Assembly (NCBI GenBank): GCA_000320545.1
Contig: ADNK01003179.1
Span: 62,001-126,000 of the forward strand
Direction of reading: 5' to 3'
DNA length: 64,000 bases
Source: Bigelowiella natans CCMP2755
Taxonomy: Eukaryota; Protista; Cercozoa
Position 1 is the stretch's first letter; each line of letters begins with the position of its first letter. Of this stretch, positions 55,787 to 64,000 are shown piece by piece. The translations under genes were made by a program, and so were the position numbers. The notes beneath the pieces were generated by a model. That model did not search any database and had not been told where the DNA came from. It saw nothing but the letters and a program-made list of their open reading frames with translations.

Positions 55787-55829
55787 GAAGTTTATATTTA
55801 TGCATATTTGTCTAATAAAATGTAACCAA

Positions 55830-56700
55830 TTATAAAGCTGATGCAAAGTGTGAGGAGGTCGTGCATGCGCAGCAAAAGTCAGGCATCGTCAAGTCAATCA
55901 GGAGAAAACACCTGAACTGCGTGCACGACATCATGCTGCAGAAAGGAAGGAAGATGCGCCCGCTTCCTTTGCTGACACAAAGCAGCTGCAGCGCTGTGCT
56001 GCCCTTGTCGCAGGCACAGAACTCGCCTGCACTGGCAGCCTGTTGCTCACTGCTTGTCGCAGCCTCCAAACGCCCGCTGGCGTTGCTGCTGCTGCCACAA
56101 GCATGCACTGCCTGCGATTGCAGACATGCATGCAGCTTTGCAACGCAACGTGCAATGTCAGAATGCCAGAAGGTGCATGCGTGATGCGAGCACCGCTAGC
56201 TAGCTAGCTAGCAGACAAACCTCTGCAGCGCGTACGCTCGTCTAGCTAGCCGTTGCGCTGCAGTTTGGCTACGCATCGCATCACACCTCGCTCATGCACA
56301 TCATTGCACAGGGGGGACATCGCGATCGTGTGGACAGACACAGCTAGGCGACATGCGACATGCGACTCGTGTATCGCACGCACATGCATGACGACATGGT
56401 GTGCCGACATGGTGTGCCGACGTGCGCAAGCAGGCGGCTGTCGCGCCATCGGTTTGACGACGAGCAGCGACACGTTTGCAATGACATGCTAGCTAGCTAG
56501 CTAGCTAACTAGCGAAGGCAGCGCAAATGTAGCGCTTGCGCATTCGCCGTTGCGCCATTGTTGCCCATGCTTCATTTGTGCAGTGCTGACATGATCATGC
56601 ACATACTACATGAAGCGGCTGGCGTGTAGATGAGACATGCTACAACATGAGTGGATCTAGTTCGGCTTGATGAACTAGCAAGTTTCTGAGTGAATCTAAT
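55830..56700. other. RY/palindrome-rich block D8 at convergent junction (orphan+ / dynein-)
   Basis: (GCTA)n at 56195-56212 and 56488-56507; CATGCATGCAGC, GCGACATGCGACATGCGAC. Confidence 0.75.
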
Positions 56701-56846
56701 TTAGGCAAGTTGGCATTAACTAAATAAAATGCTATGACGTCGCATCTTCCTATGGAACTTACTATTATCGGACAAGTATATAAAAGATCATAGTGAAACT
56801 AAACTAAGGCAAGATCTTTATTTCATTTCGGTTTTTATTCCCCGCT

Positions 56847-59800
56847 TTACATCGGAACTTCCAGGAGCATAACCACTCCCGACAATGTCCATTTATCTGG
56901 GTGGTATTTAGTCCTTAGCGTCGCGTCAAAAACGTACGTGGGGCCTCTGAACGTTGTCTTGTAGCATGGGCACGTGTAGACGCCATTAGTCTCCAGCTTT
57001 TCTCTCAAGATAGCCCTGCAGACAATCACGGGCATCCTGTCAAAGAGAACACGCGGCAGGCATTCTTCCAAGCAGCTTTGCTTCGAATCCCACCGCGCAG
57101 CCTCGAGCCATAGGCCGGTGACATATGCTCCGTCACGTACTGCTGTCTCAATCTCCTCAGGCTGTTTCCTAGTGACGTCGGTCATGATAGTGAGCTTGTC
57201 GAGCTCCTTCTGTTGGGTCTGCGCAGTGACCTGCATGATGGATGTGAGGAAAGACTGCGGGTTGAAGCACAAGCTCAGATCAACGACCACTGGGATGCTC
57301 GTAGGCTCCTCAGTCCACCGTGAAAGCTGCTCTGCCCTTTCTAACAAGTTTTCAAGCCAGTCGGCCAGATTGCGTAGCGAAGGGTAAGCTTTGGCTGCCC
57401 AATTGTCGGGCACACGGTTGAGCTCTAGCGAGGCGGCGAGGTTCTCCATACGGAGGGACATCTGGAGTTCTCCCTTCATTCCGAGTTCAAGCTCCTCGAG
57501 CGAGTTCTTCATCTCATCGCGCAGAAGGTTCATTCGGTCACACTCTTGAAGGAACACGTTCTGATAAGGGCCACGCTCCTCAGCGCCGATACGCGTACTA
57601 ATATCCTCAGTGTCATATTGGATGGGCTTGACTTTCTCTAGGATACCGTTGAGCAGGGTTCTTACGGGGTTTTCGTCCTCTTTGCTCTCGGCGCCACCTC
57701 CACTCTCATCGTCGTCGTTTTGACCACGTGGTTGCAGTTCCTGTACCACAGAGAACAAGTTGACACCCTCCAGTGTACGCACAGCAATCTCGGCGTTGGG
57801 ATGCATCCCGAACGCCACTGGCGACTCAACCTGGAGGTACTCGTCGATATAAGCGAAGTATTCGTCGTAAGGGAGGGGTTCAGGAGATGGGAATTTCTCT
57901 TCAGGATAGCTCTCACTGAAAGGGAACAGCTCCATACCATCGAGCAGCTCCTGCTTGAAGTAGAAGCGCATGTATGTCATATTAAGCCTTCGGTCCCAAT
58001 CATCGGTAATGTGGCCTCCATACAGAATCTCTCCGAAGATGTAACGTAGGTCAGACCATGGGATCTTGTCGCCACCGCTGCCACGCTCGAGATAGTTACT
58101 GAGGACTTGGCCAGAGTTTTCGAGGTCTCCGGTGTTGAAGGGGTAGCTCCTGTTCCAACCCTTTGGACCGAACTTGCAGCGCTCTATGATCACAGCGTGA
58201 TAGTGGCAAAGCGCGAATAATATCATCTTGACCTTGCCGTCCTTGTATTCAAACTCCTCCTTTTCGAACGTGGCAAATGCCCTCTTCAGGTTTTGAACGA
58301 GACCTTGAGGAGGCTCGTTGGTAAGCTTAATCGATCGCTCAAGAAGCCCGATAGGGATCTGCTTGCTAGGCTCAGCGGAGAGGAAGAGCCTAAAGTCAGG
58401 ATGGTAGGCATTGGATGACGTGTAGTCATTCAGCTGCTTCTCGAGTTCGCCAGTCCAAGAAGGCATCAAGTGGATGTTCTCCAAAATGACCCAGTGACCT
58501 TCCTTCACACCGATTGCAAGCTTGCGCATGGCCACCACGTCTTGTCCCTCCCCGAGAGCTACTCGATGCCATTTCTTCGGGAAGTAACCACGCTTGGTTC
58601 CAATATCCTGCAGGTTCACAACAGGATCGGCCCCCGGAGATAGGATGAAGAAGATAGGCGTCGTAACCGCAGAGTCGTCGAGCGAGCGCTTCAGAATTTC
58701 TGTGAAGGACACTCCGGCATCACACTGTACGTAGTCGCGTCCATCTGGAAGGGTCTTCTCGGCATAGAGGTTCATCGAGGCCGTGAGGCGGTCGGGTCGA
58801 ATAGCTCGCACAACAAGCATATGCATGAAGAAGTCTTGCTGGATGAGCTTCCTCCAATTAGATGGCAGGGGCAGCACCTCAGGTCGCGGCTTGTTGTACC
58901 ATTCCTTAAATCGGTTTGGTGACGCAAGAACATCCGAAGCAATAGATTCGAAACCCTTGAGCTCGGCTAGAGCGTTCAGACAAGCCCAGGCATTTTCAGG
59001 AAGCCAAGAGATTGATGCTGGCTGCTCCTCACCCATCTTCTTCGGCCCTTGCAGGAGGAAGTTAAAGTAGGACAGGTTGAACTGCACCTTGAGGTCAGGT
59101 GAGCGTCGGCGCATAAGCTTAAAGAGCAGCTGAGCAACGAGGATCAGCTTGTGCCTGGAGAAGGTTCCACGGTTCACCCAGCGGAAGATCGTAATTCGGA
59201 TCGTCTTCTTGAGCGCTGCCACTCGGAACGTGACATCGTTGGGGTCTTTGGGCTTATCAGCGCGGTCAATCGCCTTGAAGAAGAAGGTTGTGAACGCTTG
59301 CAACGAGTATTGATACATGTGATCAATGGTCCAAAGCTGCATAAGAAGGAAGTAAATCCACGAAGCTTCTTGAGCAACGGGTCGGTACTTGTTTCTCGCC
59401 TCGTTGATGAGGACCTCGGCCTCCTTGGCCTCTGAGACCTTGTTCGCAACCTCGACGGATTTCTGCTTGGTGAGCTCCAGACCGTCGATGAGCTCGATGT
59501 TGTCGAGGATTGTAGCGGGATCTGCAGCGTTAAGCATAGCGAGCAACTTGTCCTCGAGCTGCGCGAGCTCGATGTTGTACTCGTTGATCGCTCGCACAAG
59601 GCCTTTCTTCTTTTCCTCAAGATCAGGTCGCTCCTTGTTTACGACAAGGGCAAGGAGCTGATCTTCAAGACCAGTCTCAGTGACCATAAAGTTGATCAGA
59701 GTTGTCTGTGCAGCAATCTCAGGCTTGTAATGCGGATTGGGCAGCTTCGTCTGGATCACGAGCTTGAAATTGAGGTCGTAATCGACCATCTCGCCCAAGT

Positions 59801-62800
59801 TGATTTGGGCGGTCTTGCCACCTCGGCCCTTGACGATCTGCTGCGCGACAACAGGGTCGAGCGACGCATCAAGATTCTCGAGGATCGAGTGCAAGTACAC
59901 GGTGTAGCCGTATTGTACTCCATTCTTGACGGTTCGCATCCAGTTCTTGGTGTTCATCGTAATCTTCTTCATCTCTGGATAATGGTTTTCGATCCACTTT
60001 GCTCCCTGAAGCTGTGGATCAATCATCAGTGGCCAGCGCTTACACTGGCAGATGATTGCTGCGTTCTCGAAGGAGTTACGGTCGGCGGCAAGGCCCTCGT
60101 TCTGCCACTGTGCAAACTGCGAATCGTTGGCAAGCATCTTGAGGGGGTCAAGTTCATCACGCATAGGTATCTGTTTCTTTTCGAGATCCTTCATCCAAGT
60201 TTTATTCCATAGATGCGAGCGAAACTCGGCGTTGAAAGCCCCGATGTACGATACGAACGCAGCGGACAACATAACGTCACCGATCATGGTGTCGGCTTGT
60301 TTCTTATATTCCTGCACGGTTTGTCCCCAACGGATTTTCTCTCCTGCGAGACCTCCTACGAGACGATCAGCGGTCGCGAGCTTATCCTGGCATCGCTTAG
60401 CCTGAGCCTCGACCGCGGCTTTCTCACTCTCAGCGTCCTCCTTCGCCTTAACAGCAGCATCAAGGGCGGCCTTGAGGGCGGCGACCTTGGCGTTCAACTC
60501 TGCAACCTGGTCAGCAGCTGCCTTAGCTCTAGCTTGAGCTTCTTCAAGGGCCTTCATCTTTGGAGCAACATCCTTGTAGACCTTGTAGAATCGTACGATG
60601 TTGATCACCCATCCACAGAGATTTGCAGCGGCCTCGGATTTGTTCATCATAGTCTCGACCGTGAAAACTTCTTTCGCAATGAGTTTGTCCGCCTTAGCGA
60701 CACGGTCCTCTGGGATGGAACGTCCGTCGAAGTTCTTGAGCTCTTCGATCAGCGCACCTGGGTTTCCGAGAAGCTTTTTACCGCTCTTCCACCCCGGTGA
60801 CCAAGGCTTTCCATCTTTTCCCAGTAGGTGAGCGACGGCATCGGTGACGAGAGGAGTCCCCGATGGAGGGTTAGTAAACGACTTAAACGTCTGGATCTGC
60901 TTCACCTCAAGACAGTCCACTGCTTTCGTCGCGGCCTCGAGAATCGGCTTCACCTTATTGAGGTCGTCTTGACACTGTGCTTCGAATGCTTTCGCCTCGT
61001 CCTCTATCACTTTTGCCTTTCCTGCCTCCTTGTCGGCAATAGCTTGCTCGCGTTCTACGACGTCCTTCTTCTCGTTGGCGTCTTTAATCGCTATGGCAGC
61101 TGCTACCTTCTTCTCCTCAACGATCACCATAGTCCTCTTGAGGTCCTGCTGCAACTCGGCAACCTTGGCACCCGTGTTGGCTAGGACGTTGATACCTTTC
61201 TCAAGGCGCTCGATCGACTTGTCAATCTCAGTCTTACTTTTCTTGTAAAGGGCTTTGTAGAAAGCGATGAGCTCGAGAAAGCTTTTAGGAGTTGTGTAGA
61301 AGTAGCGCTTCTCCTGCTTGAGATACCTGTCGGAGGCCTTCTCGACCGACAAGTGGACCTCGGCCATGTGGCTCGAGACCTTAGGTAGAAGCTCTGGGCG
61401 GGCTTCAAACACAGGCATGTTGGCGATGAAACGCTCAGAGACTGACTGGAGCGCATCCCTAGGCCAAGGATGGAACCAGTCGATTTCGGTACAGTTGATC
61501 AAACCGGGGAACTTGCGGCAGCGTTGGCGCATAACATCTCCGACAGGCGAGAAACAGAGGATAATGTGCAGGTTCTTTCTGACACGGGAGATAAAGAAGT
61601 CCATGAGTGCTGTAGGATCGTCTGCGTAACCTTCTGCCTTTGCTGCCGAGCGCAGGCTGCCACATATTCCCTCGAGATCCTCTGGAGGGAAAAGGTCAGG
61701 CACGTAACCCGAAGAAAGAGTATCGTTGATGTACACGAGCCACTTGTCATCGACGATTTGAGCGTCAGTGAGTAAAAATGAGACCTGTTGGTTCTTCTCT
61801 CCAGTTTTCTTGTAAAGCGTCTGCAGGTCGGTTTTGAGATCTGCTTCGCGGTAAGTTTGCGTGACCTTAATCTGGAACACCTCGTATCCGCAGATCCCCT
61901 TCGAGGCCAGGCGGGAAAGAGACTGCTTACCGCTACCACCGACACCAACCAGCAATGCATTTCCCCGATCCTGTTCGACAATTCGCACGATACGTGTTAC
62001 ATGCTCCATAGCCATACCGAAGAGGACGAGATCCATGGCTGCATTCTCTTCGTTGTACTCTTCCAACTTGCTATCTAAGACTAGGCGAAGCTGGGACATG
62101 CCCGGGCTCCTCAGGTAAAGAGTTCCACCGCCCTGCTCGAAAGTGGTGAAGATAACCGGTTCATCTTCCCTTTTGACTACAGCTTTGCCGTCTCCACCCG
62201 CAGCAGCAGCAGCCTTTTCCTCCGCAGCCTTATCAGCTTCCTTGGCCGCACGAACCTCTTCAACGAAGTATTTGTTCTTGATGTTGGCAATCTCTTTGTT
62301 GAAAGAAACTATATCTTCCTTGCTTAAAAGGCGATCGTGATAAACACGCATGCATTCGTGCTCGAACAGGTGTAACATGAACGTAGGAGTGGACTTAGTC
62401 TTCTCCGAGCGGCAGACACCCTGGAAAAGCTTTCCGAGTTCGCGCATGTTGAAGAGGTAGTGGAACTTCACGGAAGACGGAAGGAACTTATCCGTCACAC
62501 GCGAGTGAATGTCGATGCACGCGTCGACCATACGCTCGCCCATATTTCGCACCTCCTCCTTGAACTCCCTCATGTGGAAGGTAAGAATCTGCTTGAAGAT
62601 GCCCGTGAGCGTGGCCTTGGAGGGCATCATGCAGCCGATCGTGGTGAAGTGTGATTGAAGTCGAGGATTGATGGTGAAGGAACCAGCCTTGGGGTTCATC
62701 GAGGACACATAGGAAGTATCCACTATCGTCTTCTGGTCGAGTGCTTTGGTATCGTACCAAACCCCATAGTCCATGTGCTGACGGATCAACTCGCTTGTAG

Positions 62801-64000
62801 ACTGCGTGTCGTACTTGTCGACTTCCTGCATGTTGATGTCGTCGATGTAGTAGATCAGTCTCTTGGGGACGGGAGGTCCGAAGGTGCGGCCCTGCCGCTT
62901 TGTGATAGCAGATTCAAGAATGTCCTTGAGGGCGGGCGCATCAGTGTAGAAGTTGAGATTGATGGTCTTATACACGGTCTTTTCATCAGTCTCGTTGCGG
63001 AGATAGTTCTCCAACATGGCTGTCTTCCCGGTTCCGGCACCACCAACAAGCATTACACCCCAGCATTGCTCTCTTCCAGGTCGGTTTGGTTGGGCGCCAG
63101 GGGTGTAGGCAGTCTTACACAAAAGATCCACGATTCTTGTCACGCGAAGCGTCTCGTCAGTTGGAACGAAGACTTGTGTCACCAGTCTGGCGTTAGCCCC
63201 TGCCTTGTAATCAGGCACTACGCTGTCCCACTCCTTCATCAGGCCCTTCTGGTCAGGGAAGAATGAGAACACGTCGAAGGGTTTCTTAGGATCGGAAGAC
63301 TTGTACTCGACGTCCTTCTTGTGCTTAACCTTCCACCAGGAGTTGAATCGCCTGCGACTGTCGTTATTCTTCTCGTTGATGTTCATACCTCCAAGAGACC
63401 AGACCGCTGCGTAAGCAAAGGCGGCCTCCAGATAGGTTACGACATCGGGATTATGTAGCAAGGTTCCAGCTTCCTCAAGCTGAACCTTGTTCATGCCTTT
63501 CAGGAACGTCTTGTTCATCTCATCGAGGAGACCTTCCATCAGGTAGCACAATGATTTCATCTTGGTGATTTCACCGACGGGAACCACAGGGTCCGTCTCC
63601 CTACGGATCTCATATAGATCGTCAAAAGAGCAGTACTTGTTGAACAGTCCACTCAGGTGAGATCGGAGCTTGTCATCCTTCTTGCCGGTAGGCGCGAAGA
63701 CTTGCTGCTGCAGCCAACTGTCGAGGAAAGGCTTCGCACCAACATCCCCGGGGTTAACGTACAGAATACCAGCCCGCGAGACGGTCGCCGGGGTCGCATG
63801 ATTCAAGTTCGCGACTTCAAAAAGCATTCTCATTGCATCTGAGAGAGGGATACGCTCGTTCGATACGAGCGTCAAGACCTTGTTGTCGTCCATGACTGTG
63901 TTCAGCGACTCAATCCATTCGGCATCAACGTCTCCGTCGAGGACGATCCACTTAACATTCTGCTCCTCCTTGTATGGTGGGTTGTTTCGCGCCATATCAC
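56847..64000 (-). CDS. Axonemal outer-arm dynein heavy chain (alpha/beta, DNAH9/11/17-type), C-terminal ~2380 aa; 5' part lies outside the window
   Basis: WIVLDGDVDAEWIESLNTVMDDNKVLTLVSNERIPL, AAA3 GGAGTGKT, AAA4 GVGGSGKQS, stalk coiled coil and MTBD, RWPLMIDPQLQG, AAA6 and C-terminal CPCYKT...WTLSGVVMLL; single uninterrupted ORF. Confidence 0.97.
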   Translation of the reverse strand, partial: DMARNNPPYKEEQNVKWIVLDGDVDAEWIESLNTVMDDNKVLTLVSNERIPLSDAMRMLFEVANLNHATPATVSRAGILYVNPGDVGAKPFLDSWLQQQVFAPTGKKDDKLRSHLSGLFNKYCSFDDLYEIRRETDPVVPVGEITKMKSLCYLMEGLLDEMNKTFLKGMNKVQLEEAGTLLHNPDVVTYLEAAFAYAAVWSLGGMNINEKNNDSRRRFNSWWKVKHKKDVEYKSSDPKKPFDVFSFFPDQKGLMKEWDSVVPDYKAGANARLVTQVFVPTDETLRVTRIVDLLCKTAYTPGAQPNRPGREQCWGVMLVGGAGTGKTAMLENYLRNETDEKTVYKTINLNFYTDAPALKDILESAITKRQGRTFGPPVPKRLIYYIDDINMQEVDKYDTQSTSELIRQHMDYGVWYDTKALDQKTIVDTSYVSSMNPKAGSFTINPRLQSHFTTIGCMMPSKATLTGIFKQILTFHMREFKEEVRNMGERMVDACIDIHSRVTDKFLPSSVKFHYLFNMRELGKLFQGVCRSEKTKSTPTFMLHLFEHECMRVYHDRLLSKEDIVSFNKEIANIKNKYFVEEVRAAKEADKAAEEKAAAAAGGDGKAVVKREDEPVIFTTFEQGGGTLYLRSPGMSQLRLVLDSKLEEYNEENAAMDLVLFGMAMEHVTRIVRIVEQDRGNALLVGVGGSGKQSLSRLASKGICGYEVFQIKVTQTYREADLKTDLQTLYKKTGEKNQQVSFLLTDAQIVDDKWLVYINDTLSSGYVPDLFPPEDLEGICGSLRSAAKAEGYADDPTALMDFFISRVRKNLHIILCFSPVGDVMRQRCRKFPGLINCTEIDWFHPWPRDALQSVSERFIANMPVFEARPELLPKVSSHMAEVHLSVEKASDRYLKQEKRYFYTTPKSFLELIAFYKALYKKSKTEIDKSIERLEKGINVLANTGAKVAELQQDLKRTMVIVEEKKVAAAIAIKDANEKKDVVEREQAIADKEAGKAKVIEDEAKAFEAQCQDDLNKVKPILEAATKAVDCLEVKQIQTFKSFTNPPSGTPLVTDAVAHLLGKDGKPWSPGWKSGKKLLGNPGALIEELKNFDGRSIPEDRVAKADKLIAKEVFTVETMMNKSEAAANLCGWVINIVRFYKVYKDVAPKMKALEEAQARAKAAADQVAELNAKVAALKAALDAAVKAKEDAESEKAAVEAQAKRCQDKLATADRLVGGLAGEKIRWGQTVQEYKKQADTMIGDVMLSAAFVSYIGAFNAEFRSHLWNKTWMKDLEKKQIPMRDELDPLKMLANDSQFAQWQNEGLAADRNSFENAAIICQCKRWPLMIDPQLQGAKWIENHYPEMKKITMNTKNWMRTVKNGVQYGYTVYLHSILENLDASLDPVVAQQIVKGRGGKTAQINLGEMVDYDLNFKLVIQTKLPNPHYKPEIAAQTTLINFMVTETGLEDQLLALVVNKERPDLEEKKKGLVRAINEYNIELAQLEDKLLAMLNAADPATILDNIELIDGLELTKQKSVEVANKVSEAKEAEVLINEARNKYRPVAQEASWIYFLLMQLWTIDHMYQYSLQAFTTFFFKAIDRADKPKDPNDVTFRVAALKKTIRITIFRWVNRGTFSRHKLILVAQLLFKLMRRRSPDLKVQFNLSYFNFLLQGPKKMGEEQPASISWLPENAWACLNALAELKGFESIASDVLASPNRFKEWYNKPRPEVLPLPSNWRKLIQQDFFMHMLVVRAIRPDRLTASMNLYAEKTLPDGRDYVQCDAGVSFTEILKRSLDDSAVTTPIFFILSPGADPVVNLQDIGTKRGYFPKKWHRVALGEGQDVVAMRKLAIGVKEGHWVILENIHLMPSWTGELEKQLNDYTSSNAYHPDFRLFLSAEPSKQIPIGLLERSIKLTNEPPQGLVQNLKRAFATFEKEEFEYKDGKVKMILFALCHYHAVIIERCKFGPKGWNRSYPFNTGDLENSGQVLSNYLERGSGGDKIPWSDLRYIFGEILYGGHITDDWDRRLNMTYMRFYFKQELLDGMELFPFSESYPEEKFPSPEPLPYDEYFAYIDEYLQVESPVAFGMHPNAEIAVRTLEGVNLFSVVQELQPRGQNDDDESGGGAESKEDENPVRTLLNGILEKVKPIQYDTEDISTRIGAEERGPYQNVFLQECDRMNLLRDEMKNSLEELELGMKGELQMSLRMENLAASLELNRVPDNWAAKAYPSLRNLADWLENLLERAEQLSRWTEEPTSIPVVVDLSLCFNPQSFLTSIMQVTAQTQQKELDKLTIMTDVTRKQPEEIETAVRDGAYVTGLWLEAARWDSKQSCLEECLPRVLFDRMPVIVCRAILREKLETNGVYTCPCYKTTFRGPTYVFDATLRTKYHPDKWTLSGVVMLLEVPM

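Noticed and set aside
57118-63842. Numerous plus-strand ORFs over the dynein gene
   Set aside because: Antisense shadows of a codon-biased long CDS.
1-64000. CRISPR arrays, transposases/retroelements, rRNA, prokaryotic operons
   Set aside because: No repeat-spacer arrays, terminal inverted repeats or LTRs, RT/transposase motifs or rRNA sequence seen; the DNA is spliceosomal eukaryotic.

Overview
Gene-dense, intron-rich nuclear DNA from a flagellated unicellular eukaryote (GT-AG spliceosomal introns, standard code, axonemal dynein, heterotrimeric G-beta; lineage not determinable from the sequence). About 15 protein genes and one tRNA, read left to right: EFG1(-), orphan(+), G-protein beta(-), GPR155/LYCHOS-like(+), sialate O-acetylesterase-like(-), tRNA-Asn(-), small orphan(+), large coiled-coil/EF-hand-like protein(-), exosome Mtr3(+), ATRX/ARIP4-like SNF2 with SAM+WW(-), Cdc24-OB-fold protein(+), cryptic EGF-like ORF(-), EcKL/APH-like kinase(+), PP2A scaffold A(-), orphan(+), outer-arm dynein heavy chain(-, 5'-partial, intronless). 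The most striking feature is architectural. Protein genes alternate strand almost perfectly as head-to-head pairs. Every tail-to-tail junction holds a ~0.6-1 kb non-coding block with its own sequence grammar (purine-pyrimidine alternation, palindromic 4-mers such as CTAG/AGCT/TGCA/CATG/GCGC/ACGT, (CTAG)n cores), which is not seen in head-to-head spacers or introns. Exon structures were inferred by eye; gene-span coordinates include introns.
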